The notes under the pieces were generated by a model. That model made no database searches. It worked only from the letters and a program-made list of their open reading frames with translations, and was not told the origin of the DNA. Of a stretch of DNA of 64,000 nt, positions 37,782 through 52,150 are shown one piece after another. The DNA lies in contig NC_043009.1 of assembly GCF_006345805.1 (NCBI RefSeq), positions 19,344,001 through 19,408,000 on the forward strand, given 5' to 3'. The translations under genes were made by a program, and so were the position numbers. Each line of letters begins with the position of its first letter. Position 1 is the first letter of the stretch. The DNA is from Octopus sinensis (Eukaryota).

Positions 37782-40202
37782 TGTATTTCGGATTACTCAT
37801 GTTCTGCTGTGTGTTCGCTTGAAACTAAATCTGTGTAGGCATGCGAGTGAGTGGTACTTTACATCCTCGATAAAACTGTACAACATTGTATTCAATTGGA
37901 TTCTGTTGCCAGGTTTTGAATGAATCGTCAAAATTGTTAAACAGTAGAATACTAGCAAAGTAAGAAGGATGAATCATCACGGAATTGCGGAGAGAGAGAA
38001 ACAGAGAGGCGGCGGCGGTGGTGGTGGTGGTGGTTGATCTTTCTAGTGTCCAACGTGTTGTTGATGTCTGGCTTTTAGAAAATGATATTTCTCCAGACAC
38101 TATTTTCTAAAATGTCATCTATTAAAGCCCGTCAATAAAAGGCATCAAAAGAATACAAAACCAATATTTGTAATAAAGAATCGCTAATTTAAGAGAGAAA
38201 TAATGACTAGAATTACGTTAATGCATGCAGACGCTAACAATGGAAATATGGTGCTTGCAAGGAGAGAGAGAGAGAGAGAGAGAGAGTGTGTGATGTGTGC
38301 CGTAATTCTATTTACGGGTGGGTTTTTGCACGCTGCTCTCCGATGTTTGATGAGATTTATGAAGCGACACCTGATATATAAGACACTGAGGCGATGTCAG
38401 TTTTTCTTCGCACACGTGTGGGGGTAAGCTGCTAATGAATTGTAAATTATCTAATTAATATAATGACAATTAGGTTGCATTTCATTCTGAGTAATGTTGG
38501 ACCTTTTGTTTGTTTGTTTGGCGTTGTTACTTAGCCCCAGGCCAACCGTGACCGAAGCTACGTACTATAACAGGTGTGCCCATCGCGATCATCGTTTTTG
38601 TTAAAATTTACATTGTCAGAGGCATAGCAATGGAAGAAGCTATCAGGGAAGGGCAGTCGCTCCCTTCTCTACTCGGAGAGCACAAAATTCCCACTGTCCT
38701 GTTAATTAAAGCCACGGTGTCGAAAGTGTCTTTATTTGAGGGACCTTAGAACCCTTACTACGTCACTATACTTTATCCAGTGATCTCTTTTGACGGCAGT
38801 GTGTTGTTTGGAGACTATTTGGCTACTGCTTTTAGCAAGTCGATGACCACGTAGAGGATCCCTCGCTGGCCTTGTGCGCTTTGCGTGAGAGAGCGGCAGG
38901 CAGACAGCCAGACAGCTTCAGTGTTACTTAGTGAAGTTAAATAACAAACCGTAACCAACAGACTCCTTTGCAAACACAAAGAAATGCAAAATAAATACAA
39001 ACATTATGTAAACAGAAACATGGTGACGTATTACTAAAGCGGCGGTGGTGGTGGGAGGGTTGACTAAATACTATTTAGTTCCTCTCTCTTTCCGATCTAA
39101 CTTTTTTTTTGTTCGATCGTTTGTCTCTCATTTCACCAGGATCAATCAGAAAGATAGCCATAGAGAATTATATTCAATTCTACCGGCTATACACTCTCAC
39201 GTATTTGTGGATTTGTTCCAATCCAGGAAATTCTGACAATTAACGAGAAACAACTTCACAACAACTTCTTTTCAGTCTTGAATATCGTTTTATTTATTTA
39301 ATTATTTATCATCCTTAAAAAATTATAATCGAATTTCTAACAAAGATATTTCTATGGTACAAGGATCTTTACAGTCCTTCAAGGATTTGTCAGGTTTAGA
39401 AGAAAATAGGTAAACGAAGCTGTGGAATTGAAACTGTATCAGTTGTAAAAATAAGGTTTCTGCATTAACCACCAGCACCATCATCATCATCATCATCGTT
39501 TAACGTTCATCTTCCATGCTGGCATATGTTGTAAATATATGAGTGATAGTATTAAGATCTAATCACTCAGTATTATTTTATGGCTAAATAAATGTGACTG
39601 ATTCAATCCATAGTGACCACCACCTCTTCCTGTTCCTGGTGACATTTTGATCTCAAATATTGCTAGTAATTCTTTTGCCTTGTTGCCAGTCATGGTTGTT
39701 TGCTTTATATCTGGGTGATTTCAGGTTCAATACTAATAATGTATGGCATTAGGGCTGCGAACTGAGGCTGCACCTTTGACCATACAAAATTTGTTAGATG
39801 GAAACTGAGTCAAAGTCTGTTGGAGGGGAGGGGCTTGTTCCCACATCTCTTCTCACAGAGAGTGAGAGAGAGAGAGAATTGACATTAGTATGTGACAGGT
39901 ACTTTATTTTACCAAGCTGAGGATGAAGGCCAGTTCACTTTGGCAGGATTTAAATTCAGAACACAATAAGTTTGAATAAATACCATCAGGCATTTGTGTG
40001 GTACTCAAACAATTCTATCAATTTCTCTGATCCTGATATAAATCTGGAAATCCTCTTTAATCACCATTGATATTCTAATATCTAGATTTTCATGCCTGTG
40101 TGGGTTGGATGGGTCTGCCACAAAACATAATGGGTTCTGATATTGGCACAATCATTCATATTTTGGGGTATGGATATACTTGAGATTAATTTGACCCCAA
40201 TA

Positions 40203-40440
40203 TTTGGTTCTCAAATGAGGTCCTTATGAGATTTTGTTGTTAAACTTTTTGTTCAAAATGTTGGCTATACTTTTACATTGCACAAAATATTTAACCACTT
40301 TTTTTAATACAATTCTTAATAACATTTAATTATAAAAATATAATTAAATTTTTAAAAACACCAAATGGTTATGAGGGTCCAGTAGAGTAATATAGGAATC
40401 AAAGGGATCCATAGGCAAAAAAAGGGTTGGGAACCTCTGG
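40203..40440. mobile_element. hAT-like MITE remnant
   Basis: Ends tggttctcaa... and ...gttgggaacctctg resemble CAG(G/T)GGTTC(C/T)CAAC termini. Confidence 0.5.
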
Positions 40441-41710
40441 TTTAACTTATTGATTCCAGAAGAATGAAACATAAAGTAGACCATGGCAAGATTTGAACTC
40501 AGAATGGCTGTAACTAAATCTCTTAGCATTTCCACCAACTTGCCACAGACTGCAAATCATTTTGGTGTATCCTGTTCTCATGTGTAAGACCCAATATCCT
40601 GAGATCTAATCCCACATCTTTTAATACAGCTACCTCTTAAGTGAGCTTATATGTGGTCACTCAATGTCAAAGAAATAACAGCTAAATTTCCCTCCCCAAG
40701 TTGTATCGTACTGCCCAGAGTAAAGGAGACACTGGATAATTGAAACCTAGAAATATAATGTCTGAACAAAAATATGGTTAGGAGATCACATCTGGAACGT
40801 CTTTGATCGGAACAAACATGAGACAACATATCTACCTCTACTGCCACCATCACCACCACTCTAGATTTTTATTCAACACTTATTGTCTGTTCGTCTCTCG
40901 TATTCATCCAACACACTTCCTTTTGTTTTCATCAACTGATGTATTTTAATGCCTGGACAGTCTCTCTGTCCGATCGCTTGAGACTCAAAAACTACTTTAC
41001 CAGATGTGTTGTGTCCTCCCCGTCTGTCATGTCTACCACTATTACAAGAACCTTTACTCCTCGGAACTAGTTGATCTTGTGCCATGTCTGCTCAGGTGTT
41101 TCCCACTCTTCCGCCTCTAAAACAAGATCTGTTGGCTTGGTAGGGTTCCACATAGTTTCCATTTACTGCTTTTCAGTGACGAGGCTTCAAGTAGAAGAGA
41201 CTTGCCTAAAGAGCTCCAAACCATGTAATTTTAAATTCCTCTTCTAAACTCTACAACTCATTCTTCATCCACATCAAATTCCTGCAAATGACATGGGCAG
41301 AAAATTAGAGTTTTTCAAGATGGTGAATTGACAGTCATTTATATCGGATATGTGAAGGGGTTAGGGGGTCAGGGTATGTGCTTCGTGACCATAAAGTTTG
41401 ATTCTTGGTATTGCATTGTGCCCTTGAGCAACACACTTCATTTCTCGTTGCTTCATTCCACTCAGCTGGCAAAAATGAGTTGTGCCGCTAATTCAAACGG
41501 CTGGCCTTGTCATATTGAATCTCCCTGAGAACTACATTAAGGGTATATGTGTCGATGGAACTCCGTGCCATTTGTCCATTAATTTCATGAGCAGGTCGTT
41601 CCATTGATCCGATCAACTGGAACCTTCATTGTCATAACATTTTACTGGATTCATAATATTAATTGTCATTTTGACTGTCATCATCATGTATCTGGATCTT
41701 ATATACATAT

Positions 41711-42116
41711 ACTCTTTTACTCTTTTACTTGTTTCAATCAGTTGACTGCGGCCATGCTAGAGCACCGCCTTTTGTCGAGCAACTCGACCCCGGGACTTAT
41801 TCTTTGTAAGCCCAGTACTTATTCTATCGGTCTCTTTTGCCAAACCGCTAAGTGACGGGGACATAAACACACCAGCATCGGTTGTCAAGCAATGCTAGGG
41901 GGACAAACACAGACACATAAACATACACACACATATATATATATACATATATACGGCGGGCTTCTTTCAGTTTCCGTCTACCAAATCCACTCACAAGGCT
42001 TTGGTCGGCCTGAGGCTATAGTAGAAGACACTTGCCCAAGATGCCACGCAGTGGGACTGAACCCGGAACCATGTGGTTGGTAGGCAAGCTACTTACCACA
42101 CAGCCACTCCTGCGCC
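41711..42116 (-). mobile_element. SINE family B, complete
   Basis: tRNA head GGCGCAGGAGTGGCTGTGTGG...GGGTTCAGTCCC, CORE-like CTTGGGCAAGTGTCTT, (GTAAAAGA)n tail. Confidence 0.92.
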
Positions 42117-42990
42117 TATATATATATTATTTTCTCATTTCTGTTTTATAAATATTATTTTAAGCCGTTTAGAGATCTCTGGTCTTATCGTACTGCTTTT
42201 GATTGATCCAGTGTGGTTAGAGTGCAGTTTTATCCAAAAAAAACTAGTTTCATGTTTATTTATTCATATCCAGAAATATCTTTTCTGAACTGACTCGTTA
42301 CATATGGTCGATATTAAATATACGTCAAACTCTTGCTCCATATTAGCCCAGACTTCAAGTTCCTAATGAAAATATGTGAATAAAAGTGAATTTTAGTGAA
42401 TTCAGAATTATCCAGAAATGCTTTATGCAACTAATCAGTTAGTTTGAAATCTGATTATCAATAGAGGAGATGGCTTTTTTTTTTTTTTGTTTAATTTTCA
42501 CTAATCTAATTATATGATCAATCTCTATAAAGTTTTAAACGTTTGCTTGTTTGAGCAAAGCTGTTACGTAACATAAAAATCATAAAAACGCTGCTGTTGT
42601 TTAAAAAAACAAACAAGCAAAAAAAAAGAGGAGGAAGAAAACATTGGTTTATCAACGTCCATTGTAATTTCAGTGAAAAAAATATTTCACAGAAATGTTT
42701 CCCAAAAATCAATTTTGTCAATAATAACCTATATTAATAGCTCCATGTGTTGTGACTGCTAAATAGAAGAGGGAAAATTCTTGGCATGCTTCACACATGT
42801 GATATCTATATTTCCTCCATTATTTATATCTTCTACTCTTACAATGATGGTGGAACATTATCTTTTTTTTAATATATCCACACTGTTGTCTTAAAATGCT
42901 GGCCATTTTCTCCCTGATTCAATGTTGCAGTTTCGGGAGTTCTTTGTTTCTTTTTTTTTTCAATTTTCTAGGAATTTGGTTAAGGCCAAT

Positions 42991-43405
42991 ACTCTCTTTA
43001 CTCTTTTACTTGTTTCAGTCATTTGACTGTGGCCTTGCTGAAGCACCACCTTTAGTCAAGCAAATTGACCCCAGAACTTATTCTTTGTGAGCCTAGTACT
43101 TATTCTATCGGTCTCTTTTGCCGAACCGCTAAGTTACGGAGACGTAAACACACCAGCATCGAGTGTCAAGCGATGTTGGGGGGACAAACACAGACACATA
43201 AATATATACACACACACACACACATATATATATACATATATACGACGGGCTTCTTTCAGTTTCCGTCTACCAAATCCACTCACAAGGATTTGGTCGGCCC
43301 AGGGCTATAGTAGAAGACACTTGCCCAAGGTGCCACGCAGTGGGACTGAACCCGGAACCATGTGGTTCGTAAGCAAGCTACTTACCACACAGCCACGCCT
43401 ATGCC
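42991..43405 (-). mobile_element. SINE family B, complete
   Basis: Closely matches 41711-42116. Confidence 0.92.
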
Positions 43406-43621
43406 ATGGGTAATAATTTCTAAGAATTACTATCTTGATGTCTTAATGTTGTATTTTATGTTTCTCACTCTTTTTCCCAAAACACAAAGAATTTTTCCAG
43501 GTCTTTTTCCAACAATATTTCTTATGTTGACTTTGTTTCCTCCTAATAAATTTCACTGACAAAGCTATTGTAGAAGAGGCATGTCCAAGGAACCCTAAAC
43601 CAAATAAATGTAAATTGTTTC

Positions 43622-43817
43622 TTAATCCTTTTGATCCCACTTGCCTGAGATAATCCTTGATTCTGTGATGCAAATCTATTAAAATTTCATGGGAATTTAT
43701 GTTTCAAATGCTAGCTTAATAACAACAAAGTTATTTTATGAATTCCTTTATTATTTTCCAAATTATTTTAAACAAAGTCCATGTATATCCTTGGAAATAT
43801 GGTAATGAAAGGGTTAA
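43622..43817. mobile_element. piggyBac-like MITE
   Basis: TTAA|tcctttt...gaaaggg|TTAA termini. Confidence 0.55.
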
Positions 43818-45287
43818 GACTTCTGGTATTCCCTCTAATCCACCTCTTGGACTACTTCTCTTCCATCCGCTGCTAATAGTGGCATCAGTTATTATTGGAA
43901 TTGATCCCACCAGTCTTGGAGAGATTTTGAAGACCATAGGCACAGCTCTTTCTCCAGGTCAAATCGAAAAGCAGAAAGGCAAAAAAAATGTAATTAAATG
44001 TGGAGATTGGAGCAAAGGCAGAAAATATAAAACAATTCTGTTGTGAAATTAAAGAATGGGGAAAATATTATTGATGCTGAGTTCCAATATAAATATCACA
44101 ATTTCCTAAATGTGAAGGACAGTATTGGAGTACAGTGACCCTATTACTTCATTCATACTTTATTTTATTGGCCCTGTAAGAATGGAAAGTAAAGTCGATG
44201 AAAACAGCATTTGAACACAGATTAAATAAAGGTAACCTAGCTAAATGCTGCAAGGGCATCGTGTTCAGCTCTGAGCTATTTCTGTTGGTATTCCAGGGGT
44301 GGATTAAACTGGTAATCTGGCAGAGTCATTGGCACGCTGGCCAAAATGCTGCTAAGCATTTTGTCTGTCCTTACATTCTGAGTTCAAATTCCGCTAAGGT
44401 CAACTTTGCCTTTTATCCTTTCGGGGGTTGATAAAACAAATAACAGTTGAACACTGGGGGTCCATGTAATTGACTTGCCCCCTTCTCTGAAAGTGCTGGT
44501 CTTGTACTAAAACGTGAAATCAATATAGTCGTGGTAGATTAGCAAAATCGGTTGAGCACCAGACAAAATGCATTTGGATGATTTAATGATGCTTATATTT
44601 TGAGCTGAAATCTCACAGAAAGTAACTTTGCCTTTTGTCTTTCTGGGGTCAGCCAAGTACTAGGGTTGACTTGATTGGCTATACCCCCCCCCAACAGAGA
44701 AATTGGTGGCCAATGTGTGTATGAGAAGTCAATATTGAATACAAGACCAATATGTTATAGAAATTCATCAACAAAGCAGAAAATGACTCGCATTGGTTCC
44801 TCTGTGATTAATATGAGTTCCTGGAATAAAGATGTTGATTGATGTTGGCACTAATATTAAACCATAATTCTTAGTTAATCTTCATTTCATGTAAAGATAT
44901 TCTTACCAAAATAGTTCTGCATTCTTTGTTATTGGATGAAACCCCCAAATGACTATGGCACAGGCAACAGTTTGTAAACAGAAACATTCCCTCTGGCAGG
45001 CTTCCACACAGTTTCCACTTATCAAATTCCACTTAAAGGTTTTAGTCACCTTGATTTTCTAGTAGACAACATTTGCCTAAGGTGCTGTGTTTTGGAATTG
45101 AAACCGAAACCACAGTTTTGCCAATCAGTTTTCTTAGCTTCACATCCATGTCTGCATCCATTTAAAAGTTCATGGTGCTTATGTCTTGATTTTGTCTTGG
45201 ATATTTCTTTAACAAAAAATGGTATTGTTTGTTTGCTTCTATTCATGTAAAATAATGGTTTCTGATTTTTGGCAAAATTGCAGCAGA

Positions 45288-45452
45288 TTTTAGGGGGTGG
45301 GATTAACTAATACCATTGACTTTTAGGGGGTGGGATTAACCAACACCATTGGCTTTTAGGGGGTGGGATTAACCAATACCATTGGTTTTTAGGGGAGGGG
45401 ATTAACCAGTACCATTGGTTTTTAGGGGAGGGGATTAATCAATACCATTGAC
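45288..45452 (+). repeat. 33-bp minisatellite, 5 copies
   Basis: ttttagggg(g/a)(t/g)gggattaaccaataccattg(a/g)(c/t), period 33. Confidence 0.95.
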
Positions 45453-45559
45453 TCCAGTACTTGACTCGTACTTAATTTTAATGACTCTGAAAGGATGTGA
45501 AGTAACGTCGGCTCATGCTGGAATTGAACTTTGAACGTAAATGTCTAGAAGGAATATTC

Positions 45560-45773
45560 TTTTCTCCTCTATGCACAAGGTCCAAAATTTTTAAGGAGGT
45601 GGGAGCCAGTCGATTAGATTGACCCCATTGCACATCTGGTACTTAATTTATTGGCCCTGAAAGGATGCAAGGCAAAATCGACCTCGGCAGAATTTGAACT
45701 CAGAATGTAAAGACAGACAAAATACCGCTAAGCATTTTGCCCAGCGTGCTAATGATTCTGCCAGCTTGCCGCC
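45560..45773 (-). mobile_element. SINE family A, tail type 2 (further copies near 32050-32250, 44310-44525, 49508-49720, 59332-59730)
   Basis: Same head and core as 31010-31240 with a different 3' tail. Confidence 0.88.
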
Positions 45774-47363
45774 TTAGCTGGAAGGAATATTGCAATTTCT
45801 GCCACCATCATCTCTCCTCCTCCTTGTATTCATGTAAAAGAATCCAAAGTATTTTTGATCAGAATTCTATTCAAGACATTGACCTTCTCTAATTATGAAA
45901 CTGCAGAATCTTTGAAATGATCTGATACCTGTATACTTGGAACTGTTTCTCAAGGTGAGATTGTACCCTACCCCCACCTCCACACCTACCCCCACATCTG
46001 TCAGGTGGAAAGAAGTTTTGGGATTTCTTCAGATGCTGTTTGTGACATTGCAGAGTTGTTACAAAAGTCACCGAACAATTTCAAATGGGAAATATTTATA
46101 AATTTGATTTGAAATATTATTGAATTTATCTGAAAAGATTGTTTAGGAACATAATGCAGCTGTTTTATCATTGTTGTAATTTCAGAATTGTTCATTAATT
46201 AGAAATTAATTTATTTCAGCAACATTTTATAGAAACCTGTTAAAACTGTTGTTTATTCAGTTAAACCTCATTCAATTGAGGATTTGCGGGTATTTAGGGG
46301 CTATTTGCGGGTATTTAGGTTAATTAATGTGACACAAGGTTTAACTGGGAATTAACAGTAAGACATTTCTAAAACTTGAGAATCACATCCCAGTTTGAAT
46401 ACCTCACAATGGCAGCCGTCTTCATCATCATCATAGATATGCTTTCCATGCTGGCATGGGCTGGAAGGCTTGACAGGAGCTACTGAGCCAAAGGACTGCA
46501 TCAAACTCATCTTCTTTGCCATGGTTTTTACAACTTGATGACCTTCCTAAAGCCAACCACTTTACTGAGTGTGCTGGATGCTTTTTGACATGTTATAGAT
46601 TAAAAATATCAAGAGTAACTCTATTTGAAAAGGGATTAAATTCCTTCACTTATTCTTTACAAACATTAATTGTACCATTTATGGAAGTTATAGAGATTTA
46701 AAATGATTCTGTATTGATAAAGGTGTGTGTGTGCTTGAAACTGTTACAGTTTCTTGCAGTGTGTCCTACTCTTCTGGATAATACTCAGGGTAGGCGCCAC
46801 AGAGTGTAAGACAAAGTAAGTAGTAGAAAAGGAAAGGTTGTGAATTGTTGATTTTAGGGCAAAGATTAGCATTGCTTGTAATGAACTACTTTTTATTTAC
46901 TTTCTACATTTACCCAAAACCCACCTCTGTATTATATCATATCTTATATAGAAATATACTCTCTACATATCCTGTCAAAACCCCTATTTCTATCAATGGA
47001 ATCTAAGGAAAAGTTAAGCAATTGGTGTGACTACCTTAAAGTCATCAATGGCTCAGCAGCCCCCACAAATGCTTTTGTCAAGGACAACTGTGTCTTCCAG
47101 TTTAAAGAATGTTATGCCTATGGGTTACCAAAGAGGGTTTAAAAGGTTAACAACAAGAAGGGCATCCAGTTAGAGAGGATTTTTTGAAATAAAGGCAACA
47201 ATGTCAAATTATTCTGTCAAATGTAATGCTTATTTACTCACATTGTTTTAAATTAATCATAGATTATCTTGTAGCTTTCAGATTTTCATGATGTGATTGT
47301 TCATTTTAGAAGACATTGTAGGCTAGGTGTGAGAGGCTGTATCTGGCTAGTTTGAACATAAAA

Positions 47364-48624
47364 TCATCCCATAAAAAATGTGTTTTTTTTTTGTACTTCT
47401 TTTATATTTTCAAAATTAAGATAAACAAAGTTCTTTTTTAATCTAAAATATACTCTCCTTCATTTTCTACAATGCTCTTCCATCTATCCAAAATTGTCAC
47501 TTGTCCATGACAAAAAATACTCCTCCAGTACGGTTCTGACCTCATCAACAGAATTCATATTTTTTCCGTCCAAATGATTTTGAAGACTGTAGAATAAATG
47601 GTAATTGGATGGGGCAATGTCCGGCGAATAGGTGGGTGGGGCATCGTTTCCCATTCAAAACTGCTCCAGCTTTTGGAATGTTATTCTTGCTCTATGTGGC
47701 CAAGCATTATCCTGATGGAAGAACACCTTTCGCCTTGAAACCAAAGATGGTCATTTTCCTTCTAGCACTGACTTAAGCTGCTTTGTTATCGTTTGGTTTG
47801 GATTTAAAAGTTCAAAGTGAACTAAACCTTTCATATATCACCAAACAGATAACAACACCTTACATGGGTGAAGACCTTTTTTAGACTGGGGTGCCGGTGT
47901 TTCTCCTTTCCCTACCCACTGTCTTCAGCACCTGACATTTTTATAGAGAACCAATTTCTCGTCATCAGTTACTATTCAGTCCCAAAAAGGTTCATTCATG
48001 AGATGTGACAGCAAAGAAGAGCACACATTCACTCTCTACATGCGATTGATCATGGAAAGTTTTTGAGGAACCCATTGACCCAATTTGCTGACTTTTCTGA
48101 TGGCATGCAGGTGTTGATGAGGTTGAATGACCAAATCCAAGCTCTTCCACTCGTTCCTCAACAGTTACAATAGGATTTTGTTCCACCAGGGTTTGCAGGA
48201 TATCCACGTCGAGCTCTACAGATGTTCCAAGATAAGGTTCATCTTCAAAACTGTAGTTTCTGGCTCAGAATTTCTGGAACCACCTTTGACACTAACTTAC
48301 ACTTATTGTCTGATCCCCATATACTGCATTAATATTTCTCACACTTTCCGTTGCATTGTTGCCTTTATTGAACTCATGAAGCAAAATATGCTGAATATGC
48401 CCCTTTGTCACTTCCATTTATGCCAAATATGTCCCTTTGTCACTTCCATTATAGCTTGGCAAAAATAACTGTTGAAATCAAACTGCACTCTTCAATACTT
48501 GCACTAAGAATAAGAACAAGGTAAAATTTTATAGCAAGTTGATGCCGGTAGTTTATTTCATCCCCCTCCAACTTTTAGTTCATGTAATTGAAAAAACCCG
48601 CATTATTTACGGGATGACTCAATA
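47364..48624 (-). mobile_element. Second mariner family, defective, nested in a piggyBac-like MITE
   Basis: TIR tcatcccataaa... / ...tttacgggatgactcaata. WVPQKL, VTDDEK, HQDNAWPH and YSPDIAPSNYHLF motifs. Confidence 0.9.
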
Positions 48625-49943
48625 TGTAGAATAATTTGGCCGTATATGACTGGTTTGAATGCTAAAGGTTTAAACACAGTCATGGACACCACAAGGTTGT
48701 TGACCCCTGCTTCAGAAGGGAAAATAAAATGTTCTTTAAACATTTGTTGTTATCAAGGACAACAATAAAATATTGTCCATCATAACTGTTAGTATCTAAT
48801 AGTGATTTACAATAAAGATAACTGATTGATAAAACTGTTTTGAGAGCAGAAATTAGACAGCACCACTAATGAGACCTTTAATTCCTTAAACAATAACATA
48901 ACATTAGACCAAATATTGTTGTGGAAACTACTTTCCCATAAAAGTAATTCCTGCAAATTATTATTTCCTCTTCTTTTGATGATATTTCTATATGTTCTTC
49001 GTGTTTTCTCATCATTCAAACATTGTTTTTCCATTTGTTCTTTTACAGATATTTATATGTCAGCATTTATTTTGGTTGTCAGGAAATTATTTATTGATAA
49101 TTATCTTCATTAACCAAAGTGGTTAATGGAATTGTTACTTTGCTTTCATTGTCCTTGACAACTACAAATATTTAAAGATCATTTTCCCTGCTGAAGCGGA
49201 GATAAACAACTTTCTTGTTGCCATGACAGTCTTTAATTATTACACCACGGTTACTTTTATTTAGATGGTATTTTATGGCTGGATGCCCTTCCTGTCCCCT
49301 TTTGTACCCCCACAGGGATAACATATCTTGCCTGGGACAACTGGAACACACACTCGTCCCCTTTTTGATACACACACTTGAAAGCAGCACTGCTATCTCT
49401 CCCCCGTTTTCCTCTTCGAATGATGTTTGAAGAATTTGATAAGGGCTTGGTCAAATAGGAAGGTGCCCATCTTCAAACCTTTCAGACAGGTCTAATAATA
49501 ATAATACTCCTTTCTACTAAAGGCACAAGGCCTGAAATGTGTGGGGAGGGGACTAGTCAATTACATCGACCCCAGTGTTTCACTGGTGCTCAATTTATCA
49601 ACTCCAAATCGATGAAAGGCAAAGTTGACCTCGGCAGAATTTGAACTCAGGACATAGCAATAGACGAAATAGCGCTAAGCACTTTGCCCAGCATGCTAAT
49701 GTTTCTGCCAGCTCACCGCCTTTCTAGTAATGATAATGATAATAATAAAATGTTGTTCAAGTCTTTATTTAATTCAGTTACACTTTAACTGGTTCTAGCT
49801 AGTAAGTGTGGCCATACTGGAGCACAATAATCACAGTTATCTCATTAATTACAACAACCTTGTTGTTTTACCTTACTCTGTACATGTTCTTATACGTTTA
49901 GATTTATAATATATTTCTTTCTTTCTTTCAGTTTGAATGAGTT

Positions 49944-50080
49944 ATGATGGAAACCAGCGCCGCTGCCGTATTCAAGGGGCCTGGTCCACCGGCCCCGCCC
50001 AGGAGCAGACTGAAACACAGAGATTATGGGCAGGGCCAGCAGCTTCTCGGCCCTACTACGTTATTCAGAATGTTTCACAT
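49944..50080 (+). CDS. Probable first coding exon of an unidentified gene (MMETSAAAVFKGPGPPAPPRSRLKHRDYGQGQQLLGPTTLFRMFH)
   Basis: GC-rich island in AT-rich DNA. Strong acceptor tttctttctttctttcag| at 49931, donor |gtatgt at 50081, in-frame stop upstream of the ATG. Product not recognised. Confidence 0.65.
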
Positions 50081-50510
50081 GTATGTATAGTTTTTATCTT
50101 GTTACACACTGAGCAGAGGTTCAAATCACTTGAAAATTTTAGCTTTTTTGTTTTTATGTTGTTTCTGATAAATAAATATAAAATCATGCTTAATGAATCA
50201 ATTGTAATATGTAATTAACATATTTATGTAATTGATTATTATATTTATCTAATTATCATCTGTAATATATAATTATTAACTACAATATGTAATATTAATA
50301 ATTATTTGATTTTAAATCATGTAATAAAAAAACAAGTCAAAAAAATTCATCAACTATTAACATTAATTTTAATTGATTTGTAAATTATGTGACATTAAAA
50401 TAATTTTTATAGTTTTTAACTGATTTCTTACTGGAAATATATTTTAACTCCTACAGATTTGTAATTTCTATTATTTGTTAAATTTTCCAATATTTCTAAT
50501 GCATTTGTGC

Positions 50511-50562
<52 letters not shown>

Positions 50563-51639
50563 TGTGTGTGCGCGTTTGAGAGTGAGAAACTGTGTGTGTA
50601 CACATACATACATGCACATATATATAAGTGTGTGTGTATGTATATATATATACACATATATATATACACACACACACACATATATATATATATATGTTGC
50701 TGTATTTTATATTTGTGAGCCATTTTATAAAATTGGTTGAATCATTAGAGTGTCAGACAAAATGCCTTGTGGTGTTTGTTCTGGCCCTTAACATTTCTGG
50801 ATTCGAACCCTATCAAGATCAGATATGCTTTTCATCCTTTCTGACCCAATAAAATAAAGTCAAGGAACTGAAAGGCAGTTCTCCCAACTTGCAGCTGTCT
50901 TTTAGGGGTTTGGCTGTATGAGGGAGGCATGATTCAAGAGGGTAGCTATGTCTGCTTTAAACTACATGTGGACCCTAAAACAGGGACAGAGGTGTTCAGC
51001 ATGTCACTACCAAACCACATTCAGTTGTGAATGATGGCCAAGATTGACCATCCATTGAAATTGTCTCCTGGTATTTCCGCTTTGAAATATGCAGACTTGT
51101 TCAACAAAATGTGAAAGTTTTTGTTCCTGTATTCCTTTTTTTTCTTGCTGTTTGTATTCATATTCCCTGCGTCAGTGTAGGAACTGAGTTGTTTAAGCTG
51201 TTAACTACTTCATTTTTTGTGGGTTTTGTCAGATAAGGGACAAGCTACACTCATAACATTCTGCAGGGGCCTCCAGAGCTGGTCGGTGGTTGGAGTGGGG
51301 AATGGTTGGAACAAGTCACGACTCGTGGGTTATTGTGGTATGAAACAGAATTTCAAGATTTTGAACTATTCTCAGTCCTGAAACCAGTTCTAAGTGTTTT
51401 CAATGGAATGGATGCCATTAAAGGTACCTAAAGACTTCATGATGGTAGTAAACTGGGGGACAGATTAACTTTATGCTCTAAATCCCATAGAACTGTCAAG
51501 AGTCCATGGGCTTTGTTCCTTAAATTAGATAAACTGAAGATTTCTATTATTGTATGAATATTTAATTCTGAAATTCTTGAAAGAACATTTGACAAGATCT
51601 TTCAGTTTACATATACAGTGTAAAGAAATCACACTGAAT

Positions 51640-52150
51640 CATAGCAGCTAAACCTCCCTCAATTCACTGCCTACTGTTTTAAAAAATGGAATGGCATTTT
51701 GGATAATGTAGACCTTTTTCTTAATATTTTTAATGTATTTTTTGTTATATGACTTTGCATAAGTGGAGGGGTTGGGCCCCTGGACCATTGGGGGAAGAGA
51801 GAAAATTAAACTCAGATCAGGGTATACTACATCTGAAAAATAAGGATAGGATAGTCACAGAAGGAATGTCTTTGATTATAGTCTATTTGATCAGGGATGG
51901 TCACAACAAGAACGTCTTTGATCATAGTTTGTTCGATTAGGGCTGTCTTGGGTCTAAGCTACACCATTTCGTATACTTATTGTTGTTTAACCCCAGGTCT
52001 TCCTTGATGCAGTAGGTTAAGATCAAAGGCACTCCATTCGTGACCATCCCATGTTTTATATAGGCAAGTAATCCAGGACAATATTATCTAATGTGTTCTT
52101 TTCTAAGACAATAGGACTGAGTGTAATTTGAGGGAGATTTTTAACAGTCT
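51640..52150. repeat. Two oppositely oriented copies of an abundant ~250-bp repeat (others near 13590, 30170, 38520, 40660, 52330, 54650, 55070, 60040, 61465)
   Basis: Shared motifs AATAGCAGCCAAATCTCCCTCAAATCAC...GGATAATG...CTTTGATCATAG...GGGGCTAAACAAC. Class not determined. Confidence 0.7.

Noticed and set aside
45288-45452. CRISPR-like array
   Set aside because: The tandem units are contiguous with no unique spacers, there are no cas genes, and the context is eukaryotic.
48807-49034. 75-aa minus-strand ORF
   Set aside because: No recognisable motif and no convincing splice sites.
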